This document shows positions 1 to 12,860 of a stretch of DNA of 64,000 nt, piece by piece. The stretch comes from Camelus ferus (taxonomy: Eukaryota): NCBI RefSeq assembly GCF_009834535.1, contig NC_045697.1, positions 75,208,001-75,272,000 on the forward strand. The letters run 5' to 3'. Both the position numbers and the translations under genes were made by a program. Position 1 is the first letter of the stretch. Each line of letters opens with the position of its first letter. The notes below the pieces were generated by a model that was not told the origin of the DNA, ran no database searches, and saw only the letters and a list, made by a program, of their open reading frames with translations.

Positions 1-3000
1 AACATGTGCCATCTCACACATCGAATCTTCAAGGAATTCAGAGTTCACAGAATAACAACTTGATTCCATTCCTAAAAAAAATCATCTGTATGGTAAAAAG
101 CAAGTTGTTTGCTAAAGTAGCAGTTCATTTATGCAGAAAATTGTGGAAGGCTCATCCTCATCTTTTCATTCTCAGTTGATGGGAAATGGAAAATATTGAA
201 ATTGAAAATACATGAGATGGAAGATATTTGATGCTATTACAAAAGTAATATGCACAGTAGTTCTTTATTTGAATGGGACCACAGTAAAATTCTCACAATT
301 TTTTCAGAGGGAAGAGAGAAAAAATATTAGAAGATATGTAGTTTTACTGTGTCTTAATGTATCTTCTAACTGGATTGAAATAGAAGTGATAAAGGCAGAA
401 AAAGTGTGCAGGAATTTTTTTTTTTAATGGAAGGTTACTGTTAATGTGAACTTGTACTTGGAATGGAATGAATCCCAAACATATTAAGATAAATTTTGAC
501 AAAAAGTAAACCTCAATAATTAAAATACAGGGTTATATGACACAGCTTCTAGTATGGTTATGGAACTCTGGCTCCAATAAACAGCCTTTATAAATGAATA
601 AAATCAAGAATGGATGAGACAGGTTGACTGAAACAGGTTTTAGGGAAAGCCAGTGATATTTGAGGGCACACCTTGTCTTCCGAAATCAGTGTCCCCCAGG
701 ATGGATCTAGTCAGCCATAAAGTTTCCCTGTGTGTAACCATTAGCAAGAAAAAAAACATAGAACTTGAGAAAATACGGATCTGATCCATTAATAGCAATT
801 CTCGTGCTTTCAGCCTAACGCATTATTTTTCAGTAAGGAGCTTTAAACTCAAGTAGGAGGGCTCTGCAGCTTGCTACTGGGTTTTCCTACATTAACCCCT
901 TTACCTTGTCTGGAAGTGGTATCACAGTAGGCGAGGGAGGGAGGGAGGGAGACAGACAAAGAAAAGCACATGGTTAAAGTAGTTAGAGAGGATCTTGAAG
1001 GAGTGATGACTTGTGGCAATTAACAGACCGCTGGAGGGAAATTACACACATTAATAAAAGTGCCATTCAGAAACTTTCCCAAAGGCTTTTGGCCTCCAAA
1101 GGCTGTTTCTAGTCCCATTTGATGATGATTTTGTGACAAACAAAAAGTATATTTGAGTACCTTAGTCTAAGTTTCTACTTAACAAAAGTAGTAATATGCT
1201 TCCCTGGTACTTATTTTATAAATGGATAAGAAGACTGACTTTATAAACCTGCTATGAAAATTATTAACAGTATATTTTTATGGCCCTTCATTTACTTGAT
1301 TTTAGGTGAACAGTATGAGGAACAGTGACAGTCTGTGTGGAAGACTGAAAGTCAAGTGAAAGAATTAGGGAGAGACCTTATATACACCTGTTCTGTACTA
1401 AAACGTTCCAGAACTGCATGAGAAATTCAGTTGCCTGAGCATCCAGGAACACTCGCCTTCGTGAAGAATCATTCATGACTTAGCCTCAGTCACACTTAGG
1501 AGATGAATTCATTTGAGACACCTAATAATAGCACATGATGGGTCATAAATTAAGAAAGTATGAGAGCGGTCCGTGATCAGGCCAAAAAAAGCAAAGAAGT
1601 TTTGCCCAACTCCCTTTCTAGGCTAAAAATACAGTGGTTCCCATAAATAGCAGTGCTACTTAGCATTACCACCATGCCATGGGCTAAAAAAAGAGTGAAC
1701 ACATTGGACACAGCTTGAAAATAATGTCTATCAGAAAAAAGCATTTCTTTTTTAGTATATAGGGTTTTTTTTTTTAAGCCCATTTACTATATGCAATTCT
1801 GGAATCATTATTTAAAATTTTAGCAGTGAAGTAAAGACAGGTTAAGTAATTTCGGCAAGTGAGTTGTATGTGCTCAGCCACAGAAAACTTGGGGATTCAG
1901 AGCTCTGCGCTGGCTTTCAGGCCTCCCTGTGAGATGTCACGACTCAGAGCATTTAATGACGATGGTTTAATGCACACACAGAGGAGGTGTTTGAATGACC
2001 TACGTGCTGAATTTAGAGATCAGAAAAATAAACTTGGCCACTTCTCTTTCTAGAAGCCTCTAAATACCAACAGCATGTCCTGCTGCAGCTGTTGGAAAAA
2101 CAGAAAACTGGCAGAAAACACTGACAAGACTGTAAACAACATTTTCTCATTCCATCTTTTTGACAACAGTTTTATGTCCACTTCAACTCAGTGTAATCAG
2201 TTATAAGCAAAATCTCATCACGCAAGTAATAAATAATATTCTAATGAACAAAATAAAATGTTACTGCATCTTATCTGAATCAACTGAAACTTTTTTCCAA
2301 TTAGTCTAAAAACTGCAGGGAGAAAAGTCTTGTTAAATCAAGACTTAGATGTAGGGTTGTATTTATTCTTATTTTTCAATTACTGCTCATCCCTTAAGGA
2401 ACCGCCAGTTCACCGATGAAGTAACTAAATGAGGAAAACTGTTTCAGGTATCTCAGTAGCACTGACAGTTTAGTAGACCTTTGTCCACAACTAAAACCTT
2501 AGATTAACTCCCCACTTTTCAAAACAATGACATTGTTCCTGTTAATGATGAGGGGAGAAAAAGAAGAAACATCACAGAGTGTTCATGTGGGCTAGCCACC
2601 CATCCGGATTCTTGCAAGACCGTCCTAGTTTTGTTGTTGTTGTTTTAATTGGGACAATCCTTTGTCCCCGCAAGCACTGTTTATAACAATCTCGGAAGTT
2701 TTCTGGAGCCAGAAAAACGTCATCAGCTGGGCAGGCAGAAGAAAGCCTGCAAGGGACAACCCAGCTGTGGGAATACAAAACATTTGAGGTCAGTGGATAG
2801 AGGGAGGTAGCGGCACAGGGCAGGGGACTGGAACACGTCTGGGGTCTCCAAGAGTGCACAGCCAAGTGTTGGCAGTTACATTTGGGAAACCAGATCAGAC
2901 TGGCTTCCTCTAGGTCCTTCAAGAAAAGATTAATTTCCCTCGTCCTGACATTTCATGATAGATCTCTTTTTCAGTGAGCAGGCAAAATATGCTACCCTTT

Positions 3001-4849
3001 GAGGTGGTCATTTCAAAATCAAACCCTAAAATTCCAACTGCAGGAGACGCAGGGAACTATTAACTCAATCTGGCTAATGTGCAGTTGTACGCTTCAGGCC
3101 AAAGCCTGTGCAATCTGATCTTTTCCTTTGTCCACAATTACCTCTAGGGGATAGGGGTTTACTAGATGCATCTTTGAGGATTCCTGAACCTGAGGCCAGG
3201 AGGATTGAGCTATATTAAATTTGAGGGGAAATTTTCAGATATCTCATGATGTTCTGGATGTGTGCCATAGATTCTTAAGGCAGCTGCTTGAATATTCATT
3301 CAGTATTCAATAATTATTTGTTCAGCATTTATTAATTGAACACCAACTATGATCCATACAGTCACAAATAGTTCAGTGATCTACAAATGTCTTGCCTATG
3401 TTATCCCTAAAATAATTTTGAAAAAACATATATCTTCTCATATTTGTTACAGCATAAGTTTAAGTTTGTTTTGTTAATATGATTACACCAAAAATTTTAT
3501 AAGATGAAGTTCACAGTAATCTGACAAGATTCAATAAAATAGCTTTTTACCTACTTTATTGGTCAATGCATACCAATGCTAAAATAAATCATAACATTTA
3601 CTGATAAATACTTTTCCTTGAAAAAGTTAGAAAACATTAAGTTAAATTTCAAAACACACAAGTCATCACAACTATTTTGAATGTTCTATATCCAGAACTT
3701 TCCAACTGGGGCCAAGATTCACTTTTAAAAAATTAATAAGAGAAGGAAAGAAAGTAACTTTGTATGTTTGGGATGCACTGATCAACTATTAAGAATATCT
3801 TTGTTAAAACAAATATGCCAAATTCTACGTTAGTTTGTCATCCAAAAATGTTTTACCTCTGGCGAATGCAGTATATCAAGATTTGGAATGCGTGACAGTT
3901 TTGCCTTTTCCCCCCATAAAACAGCAAAATACTTACTGTAAACATAGGCATATTCCCAGACAATTGTAAGAAAAAGAACCATGGAAGTTGAGGATCTGGA
4001 AATTGATTCCCCAAAACAGTTCATGCTGTGCACACCATGGAAAACTTTTGAGAACCTTTTATACACATTCATTTCAAGGCTAAGTTTGTTAGACATTTAA
4101 TTTTTGATATAAAAGTCCAGAATTGAGAGCTTGTCTACTAATACTGCCTGGATTATAAATTATGATGGATTTCCACCAGGGTTCCATTAACCTCCCCAAT
4201 GTATTCAGAGAACCTCACTTAAATCCTAAAAAGCAATAATTCTATGAAATAAAGACAGGGTCCTTTGCAACTTCGGTTCCTCCACCCTGTTCTCTGTATG
4301 TCATTAAGCGGAAAGGAGATTCCGGGGAATGCTCTACTTTGAACATAGACCACATCCTCAACTGTAACATGTCCATTACTGCTATTGATCATGGGTTGAA
4401 TGAGGAGAGCTAACCCTTCCCATATGGTCTCAGCACCTAGACAAATGTAAACCGTATTACTTACCTGGCTTTTTATTTTTGCTTGTTTTTAACCATTTCC
4501 CCTTCACTTGTAATATATAGGACAGAGAGCTTCTATCCCATGTTCAGAATGCAGTCAAGCCTCCATGGGGCTTTCACACCATAGTTGGAGCCCTTTAAGC
4601 TTCGTATATAAGTTATAAAGTCCTTTATAATTCTATGATTGGTTCAGTATAATTGTCCTATGCAAAACCGAGGAAGAAAGTACACAATTTCAAGTGCTCT
4701 TCCAAATTCAGGATCAAATGCTTGTAATATAAAATTTTCATTGCAGCCCCACAAGTTTGCCTGACCTCATGACCAGCAGCAAGGTAACATGGTAAGAAGA
4801 ATTTTGGAGTTACACTGCAATTTAAGTTATACCCCCACAATTAATTTAT

Positions 4850-5180
4850 TGTTACAAGTTACTTAACTGAGTCTCAGTTTCCTCCTTGATAAGATGGATA
4901 TAATTCCTCCCTTCAGCAGCATTTCCTTTCTTAACTAACCTTAAACATCTCATGGGGTTTCTTTAAAAACTACTTATTAAGAGACTCCTCATAGAGACCC
5001 TAATTCTGTAGGACTGGACGTCATCCATGAATCTATATTTTTAATGAATACTGTCCTGGTGATTCTGTGGCAAGGTAAGACAGGAACACTGGATTACACA
5101 GGATTGTTGCAAAGATTAAAGATGCTTTTTGTACATGTGTTATACAGTGTCTGGACTACAGGAGATACGACTCAACCATA
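4850..5180 (+). mobile_element. MIR SINE split by a MER5-like hAT-Charlie fragment (about 4930-5070)
   Basis: MIR core 'acaagttacttaac..tctcagtttcctc' at about 4855-4885 and MIR 3' part 'attgttgcaaagattaaaga...acagtgtctgg' at about 5103-5155, on either side of MER5-like 'gaatctatatttttaatga..ctggtgattctg'. Confidence 0.55.
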
Positions 5181-6071
5181 TCTCCCAGATGGACGTAAGT
5201 CTAAGTGGGGCTGGTTCCCTGACACCAACATGAGTCTAAGCAAGAGACTCACTGACAACAACAACTATTTCCAGGCAGGTTCCTCTTCACTCCTAGTGCT
5301 TAGCCACTGTGCTTAGGGGTGAGCTTGAGAATTTCTAAAACTATATAAAAAGGTAAAGTTACACATAACAAACACACCAGTGCACTTTGGGAGCAACACT
5401 GTGGGGACTCAGAGCTGTCAACACACCCATCACGGCTGGCTTGTTTCACACCCTCATGTGGTGTACACCTGCGTCGTTGGCAGTGCACAGCTTTGCAGTT
5501 TTCTTTGCATCATGTGTCCTGTTGGTCTTTACAAAACAAGTACTCTTCTTCCCCACATCAAGTATGATAAATAGATGATGTATGTTTTCATTATTTTCTA
5601 TTCTTTGTATAGCATCAAATTTTCCTTTCCATTGAAAATCCAAGTATCAATGTCCAGGTGGATAGGAAAACAACATCCTTTCAAACTGCTGTTTAGAAAA
5701 GACCTTCTTTATGATTATAGAATAGGTCCATGTTGGTAAAGATTGCTGTGCCCAAATGTAAACCCTTGTGAATTTGAAATATTTCATGAGTTGAAGTCAT
5801 TTTCACTTATAATATCATGAGTTTCCAAATGGGAATATGAGAATTCAGTGAAGATGTGTGTGGGTTTGTTTGTGTGTGTGCTAAGTTAGGTTGTGTTCTC
5901 TAAGTATAGTGAAGAAATAAATAACAAAATTTACCCATGGGAAGGTGAACATGGTTATTGAGAACAGAGAAAGGAGGAACATTTAGTTTCCAAGTAAATC
6001 TTTTTAAACATTTAATAATCTTCAATAGGTGCATTTATGATGTATCAAAATTAATAGTTTTAAAAGAACTA

Positions 6072-6224
6072 CAGTAGACTCTCCATATCCACAGACGTGG
6101 AACCCACGGATACAGAGGGTCAACAGTACTAAGCCATTTCATATAAGGGACTTGAACATCTTTGGATTTTGGCACCTGTGGGGTGTCCTGGAACCAGTCC
6201 CCTGCGGATACTGAGGGATAACTG
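6072..6224 (-). mobile_element. Tigger/MER2-family MITE (Tc1-mariner, non-autonomous)
   Basis: TA on both sides (6070-71, 6225-26); imperfect TIRs cagtagactctccatatcc / ggatactgagggataactg; reverse strand reads 'cagttatccctcagtatccgcaggggactggttccaggac..aaaatcc..gttcaagtcccc', like the MER2 5' end. Confidence 0.8.
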
Positions 6225-6368
6225 TAATATTATGAGATTCAAAGTGAAATTTCTTATTCCTTGCTAATTTATGCCTCATGGTTTTCATATTAGGAATGCT
6301 TGGAAGAACTTGGGTTTCCTGGAGCTGGGGCTTCATGCAAGAGTATCAAGAACACAGACTGAAATTTC

Positions 6369-7166
6369 CTTGCAAATCAAAGCTACAATGAGGTATCACC
6401 TCACACCAGTCAGAATGGCCATCATTCAAAAGTCCACAAATGACACATGCTGGAGAGGCTGTGGAGAAAAGGGAACCCTCCTCCACTGCTGGTGGGAATA
6501 CAGTTTGGTGCAGCCACTGTGGAAAATAGTATGGAGATTCCTCAAAAGACTAGGAATAGGCTTACCATATGACCCAGGAATCCTGCTCCTGGGCATATAT
6601 CCAGAAGGAACCCTACTTCAAAATGACACCTGCACCCCAACGTTCATAGCAGCAGTATACACAATAGCCAAGACATGGAAACAGCCTAAATGTCCATCAA
6701 AAGATGACTGGATAAAGAAGAGATGGTATATTCATACCATGGAATACTATTCAGCCATAAAAACTGACAACATAACGCCATTTGCAGCAACATGGATGTT
6801 ACTGGAGAATGTCATTCTAAGTGAAATATGCCAGAAAGTGGAAAAAAAAATACCATGTAAGATCACTCATATGTGGAATCTAAAATATATATAAAACAGA
6901 AACAGGCTCATAGAATACAAACTTGTGGTTGCCAAGGGGGTGGTGGGTGGGAAGGGACAGACTGGGATTTCAAAATGTAGAATAGATAAACAAGATTATA
7001 CTGTACAGCACAGGGAAGTATATACAAGATCTTGTGGTAGCTCACAGCAAAAAAAAAAAGTGACAATGAATATATGTATGTTCATGTATAACTGAAAAAT
7101 TGTGCTCTACACTGGAATTTGACACAATATTGTAAAATGACTATTACTCTATAAAAATGTTAAAAA
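6369..7166 (+). mobile_element. 5'-truncated, relatively young LINE-1 (camelid type): ORF2 C-terminus, 3' UTR and A tail
   Basis: Translates to the L1 ORF2p C-terminus ([46 protein letters not shown]). A-rich tail. TSD aacacagactgaaatttc (6351-6368) / aatacagactgaaatttc (7167-7184). Confidence 0.95.
6372..6894 (+). pseudogene. L1 ORF2p C-terminal fragment (cysteine-rich domain)
   Basis: Reading frame is uninterrupted until the A-run at about 6841-6850, after which it departs from the usual ORF2 end. The last Cys of the CX3CX7HX4C motif reads Tyr (HCWWEY). Confidence 0.9.
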
Positions 7167-7249
7167 AATACAGACTGAAATTTCATGATTAAAAATTTTC
7201 TCACTTTATTAGCAGAATCAGACTGTCAATGCAACATCCAAATTTTGTT

Positions 7250-7290
7250 TTATATATGTATTATATATACATATATATAATATATATAAA
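7250..7290. repeat. Imperfect (TA)n microsatellite
   Basis: tatatatgtattatatatacatatatataatatatataaa. Confidence 0.85.
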
Positions 7291-8310
7291 ATAATCCATT
7301 GTTCTAACAATTATTTAATTGAGCTAATGTTTCTTGTCTTGGCTGATTTTACTATAGAACATGCAAACTTTATGCTTCTCTAGTCTCATTTAATTCTCTT
7401 TCTTCTAGGAATTAGGCTAGACTAATAGTCAAATGGCCACTCACCATATTCTGTTCTGATTTTCAGGAAACAGTTGATGGAAGCTGGTGAAATTGAAAAT
7501 AGTGCCCTTTTATTGTTGGGAAGATGGGAAAAAAGCACAGCAAAATGTAATCCTCAATATTTAGTTGCAGTGAAAAGGCTCTTAATTTCTGTGTAAGAAA
7601 GAACTACTTCAAGCCCTGTGTAAATATTGCTTGAAAATATAAACGGTTAATTTAAATTTAGAGTCAGAAACAGGAAGTCAGGCAGCATTTTATCCTCCAC
7701 GTGGGCTAGAAGGAGAAGCAATCATTGGAGAAGCAGCATGTTCCCACATGATCACCCAGAGGAGCGGAACAAGAGGTTTACTCAGTAGCAACAGCCACAG
7801 AGAGTGAAGCTTTGTGATTAATAAAGTAGGACGAAGAGATGGTTCACAGTTTCAGCACAGAAATATGCCTCCTTAACTCACCTATGTCTGCCTTTGCCCT
7901 CTGGAGGAAAGTCCGTGAAGAGTCTCAGACTAGATCATTATGATATTATACACTCCTGAGATATGGAGGGACTGCAATGCAAGTTATATGTGTGATGGGA
8001 TGAAGAGCTTCGACTCCTGAGAGGTAAGTTCGGATGTTACTAAGCTGGTCTGTTACTAAGAGAAAGGAATGAAGAGGGATCTCATATAATCAGTGATTTT
8101 GCCCTCTTTATTCTTTCCCATTTCCCAATCTGATTCCTTCTCTAGGTATCCTAAATTGATATTTTTATAACCTATAAAATGGCTAAGGCTCTGTGCTTCG
8201 TGCCCATGTTTCATTTTCATTTATTTGGAATGTTCAGTTGATAAGGTAGACCTCACATAGAAGTCCTTCATGCAAGGAGCATGCTCAGGACATGTATATT
8301 GTCATTTCTG

Positions 8311-8356
8311 GGTTCCAAAGATCAGGACAGGTTCCAAAGATCAGGTTCCAAAGATC
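8311..8356. repeat. Local triplication of ggttccaaagatc
   Basis: Exact copies start at 8311, 8330 and 8344. Confidence 0.9.
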
Positions 8357-9879
8357 TCAAATGATGTTTGAGAGAGTTTGAACCAGTCTCGAAGACTCTT
8401 AACATAATCATAGGGTTAAAGCATCCAGGGGAATTACTGCCTGACTTCCTGACAAATGAAATTACAATATCCAAGGTTTCTCATTTATTTCAGACATTCA
8501 CAAGACCATTAGGTTGGAAAGCCCCAGCTTGGAGAGTATTTATATTTTTAGCATCAGATGACATTGATTATATGACTATATGTTGTTTATTAAAATAATA
8601 CTTCTGAAAAATAATCAATATCTCAATACACACATGGTCTTACTTCTTAGCCTCCTACTCCCATGAACCAATTTACATTCTTTTTACGTGGAAAAAGGAA
8701 GGTCAGCGCACAAGACAAAGGAAATTTATGTCTAGCGAATAACACATCATAGAGAAGGACATCATTCATTGGCTTATAATCTACTTATATCAAAAAGTCC
8801 TATTTAAATGCTTTGCCAGAAGATTGGAAAGGGGGGAAATTCTGAGCCAAATGACAGATCCTTTGGTTTGTGTGACCCTAGTGTTCAAATCTCAGCCTTA
8901 GAAATGTGGTACATCTAGCGATGACATACTCAATGTGTTAGTCATCTCAAAGAAAACACATAAGACTTTGGTCTCCCACACCACCCACATCCCAGTACAT
9001 CTGCTTGGTGTGGTGACTGGGACACTCCCAATAGTGCAGGAGAGGTCAGATGATTTGTTACCAGATGAAAAAAAAAAAATGAAATCATGTCTCCAGGCTC
9101 AAGTCACTTCCCCTTCATCCCACTGGCCCTTCCAGACTATGCAAAGAGTATGCTCCTCTGTATTTCTGCTGCTTCTTTTCTTGGCCCTTGTTCATCACTA
9201 AGGATCCCCAGATGTACTGGCATTGGACTCTTTTTAACACCCCTGTGTCTGGCCTCACATTCCAGCAGAAATTTGCAGCAAATATGGGGCTTTAAAATGT
9301 GAGCTGGGGGAGGGAGAAGAGGAAAGGGGAGTTCAGCTAAGAGAGCAAGGCTTCCCCCCGGGACTGGGGTAGATACGTCCTGCCTCAAGACAACGCGAGT
9401 GCTCTTTTGGTCAATAGGAAGTCTAGGCAAACCGATCGAACAAAATTCATTAGCTGAAGGGTTAATAGAGTTTTTCATACCACTTTACTAGGGTCAATCT
9501 GAAATCCTATACTTTTTTCAAAAATTCTTCCCTCACATCCAACGGTAAGGTGTTTCTAGAACTATGTTTGGGATGCAATTGAAAATCTGTCCCATCTGTT
9601 TTTGTTTGTTTTAACTGAGGAAGGCAGCTGTGTTGCAATAAAGATGAGCAGAACAGTTTTGTTCTTAGCATGGCACATGCCCCCTGCCCACCTCCCCAGC
9701 ACTGCCTCAGACACACCAGCTCCACAGGGCTGCCTGCATGGCCCTGAGTTAGCCGCACGCCCTTGTGACTGTGCATTTACAAACGTTTTTCCTCTGTGAA
9801 CAATAGCTTTCCTTCAGCCACTTCATCATCAGAATAATCCCAACTCATCATTCAGAGATTATATCAAGTAACTTCACTT

Positions 9880-10120
9880 TCCTGAAACGTTCTGGGCTGG
9901 CTCTTCACTCCAGCTGATTTGGGTGCCCCCTTCAAGCCATATTCTGCTAACACTTCACGCTTATCTGTACCATGATATGCATCATGCTCTGTTAAATACT
10001 TCCTCTTATTTATACTCTGATTATGGACATCGTCTTTCATCTCTGTATCCCCAGTGGTCACATGATGCCTGGAATAGCTTGGCAGCCCACATTTTGCCCA
10101 GAAATGAATTAATGAATGAG
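9880..10120 (+). mobile_element. L2 LINE 3' end fragment
   Basis: 'tctctgtatccccagtg..atgcctgg' ending in 'gaaatgaattaatgaatga', the typical L2 terminus. Confidence 0.6.
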
Positions 10121-12860
10121 ATTTTGTTGCAACCGGGGTTAGAAATTTGTACCATTGAATTAACAAAAATGCTCATACAAGTACCCATCAGAAGATGTAA
10201 AAAGAAAGAACTTGAAGATCAAGAGAGAATTTTGTATAATTTTGAAACAGATTTTTTAAAGATCAGTGAAGTGCTACATAAACCTTTGTAACCTACAACT
10301 GTTAACTAAGGACGTCGTATGTGTTTAAAAAGAAGGAAAACTGGTTGATGAGCAACTCTCCAGCCAGCAACCTGGCTGCAAGTATTTCATGCTGAGCCTC
10401 AGATTCACATTCTCCAGTGCTGTCATCAGCTCCTTCACGTTACATTCCTAGAGCTGATGTGATTTTTCGCGTATAAATTATCTAAAGTGAAATGTAGGCT
10501 CTTTCCTTTCTAAGTGGTTATCGCTGGTCTCTACCACAGCAATAAGGCTGTCCTCGTAGCAGTGAAATCCACAGTTCACCTTTTCCCTAACTGCCCTCAG
10601 GAAATTGTTAAAACCTCTTGGTGGGTGGGGGCTGTGACACTGGATACTTCTGAGGATCGGATGAAGCTGGTGACACACCATCCTAAATGCTTCTAACTTC
10701 TCTTTGCCTTTGTCTCTCAATATTTTTCTCATCGGCAGGTCATATCTTATAGCACTCCTAGTTAACCTCCACCACTAAGAGGTGTTCGTAAAAAAGCAAA
10801 AAGGTGAGAAACTTACGATGGCTTCCTTTAAACATCCTAGAGGTACACAGATGGAATACTTGGAGGATTCAGTATCTTGATACACCAGCCACAGCAATAG
10901 AGCACCTGGCACATAACTACTACAGTGCTTTTTCCAAATGTCTGTGTCACGGACTGCCACCACCAAAACATTTATTTGGTGTCTAACTTGTTTATGATTC
11001 TGAACAAATTGAGTTAAAGTTTTCACCATGTTAAATTAGTTAAGTCACATTGACATGTCAGTTTTCATCCCCAAATTTAGACAGTGCTTCTAGGATTGGA
11101 ACCAAATTCATTTCAAATCATGTCTGCGATTTTTGTACACACCATCAACCCCCCTCATGATGCCCACACATCAGAATTTTAAAGACACCCATATTTTTTT
11201 TCAGGCCCTGCTCCCAAGTTTCAGAACTTACAGAAATTTTGCAGAAGACTTCACTCAGCCTTGTCTAGGTTCATATTTGGTATTTGTGGAAGATGATATG
11301 AGCCTATTGCCTGGTCGAAGAGGCAAGAAATAAAAACTTTACCTTTCAGATCAGATTTCCTAAGTTACATGTTTGCTACATGTTTTGAGTCTAGGCAGGG
11401 ATGTCACTGTGTGTTTGAAAAGGTTAAGTCTCTGTAAGACTCTTTCCAGTGTAGCTGGAAGACTAGAGCGATTGGGTTCCCTTGTTCTGTAGGAAGAGGA
11501 GAGACACAGCCACACCTGGGCACAGCAGGTATCAGACAGGATGGATTACGGTCTGACTCTAACACTTCCTGGGTTTAAATGAGATCACCAGAACTTTACT
11601 CACCCAAACAAATCAAGTTGTTCCCACATTCACGTTGGATGAAGTGATTTTTATTACAAAACCCAGTACTCATCAGGCTCTTTTCTGAGGGCAGATCAAA
11701 AGCAAAAGGATCAGGTCATGTGCTTTTCATCTCCCCTCCTGGAGCACAGCACTGTAATATACGCTGATCAAATTCTGCCTGTGATTTTGAACAGGATGGT
11801 TTGGAAAAGCCAAGAACGAGCTCTTAAAATAATACTGCTCAGCCCCTTGTAACGAGAATTGGAGCCGGACTTTTATAAATGGCACACTGAAAACTGTTTA
11901 CAACTTGCAAATGATGATTCCAAGAAACATCAGAATGACTTTCTTATAGAGAGACATTAATAAATAACAGCAAACTTGCGAAATAAAAAGTCCAGTCCTG
12001 CTTTCTGGGAAACTTCCAAAAAGAGATCACAGGCACTTAGAACCCAGTTTCACAGAGTAAATCAGCTGAAAGAGTAATCAGCCAGTTACTGATTATATCA
12101 TAAGAATTATTACTAAAAATTTACCAGCAACTGTGCATAGAGCTATTTGTCTTCAAAGCAGTTGAACTTAAGGATTAACAAATTAATCTCCATCGCAACT
12201 GCCTGAGAGCTCTAGGGAGAACTTCATTTAACATTCGTGCACTCTGTCCCGGTAACGTCTGCGAGGGATCTTTCCATTGTTAGATAAACACGCTTGGGCG
12301 TACAGATGGGTAACAGCACACACCCATGTCCTGCTGGCTGGCTGGCTCACTGCTGAGTCCTCAACCAATACCCAATCAAAGGCAAAAATGTGTTTCTAGT
12401 GATAGAGCAGGATGGTTTTCATTGAGGACAGACTTTTCCGAACATACAAAAATTGTCTGGGAATTTGGGTGCATAACCTGGGTGTGGTGAGGATGAGACT
12501 TTCACATTTCTCACTGGAGTTCAGTACTCTCCACATAACCTCAGCCCAGCGTGGATCCTTAAATTCACCATCTCACCAGCCAAAAGGACTCCTTCTGCTA
12601 ACAGATGCCACAGTTGCTACAGCTTCTCTACAAACCGCACATATTTTCATGAGACCCTGAAAAGAACAGACTCCTGGAAACTACAGATATTTTGCAGATG
12701 CGCTTTTTACAAAATGATTTCACAATTTGCCTAGGCCCTTTATCAATGCGTCACTTTACAGATGAATAAAGATCAACCACTGGTCTTTATTACAGGTCAC
12801 ACATTTTCATTGTAATTGCCTTTCCTTGATAATTTCCCAAATTATAAGCAAGAATTCTAC

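Noticed and set aside
6271..6894. 207-aa ORF as a host gene
   Set aside because: It is L1 ORF2 C-terminus inside a TSD-flanked insertion plus a short read-in from flanking DNA.
9923..10291. 122-aa ORF
   Set aside because: GTG start, and the first half overlaps an L2 tail; no recognisable homology.
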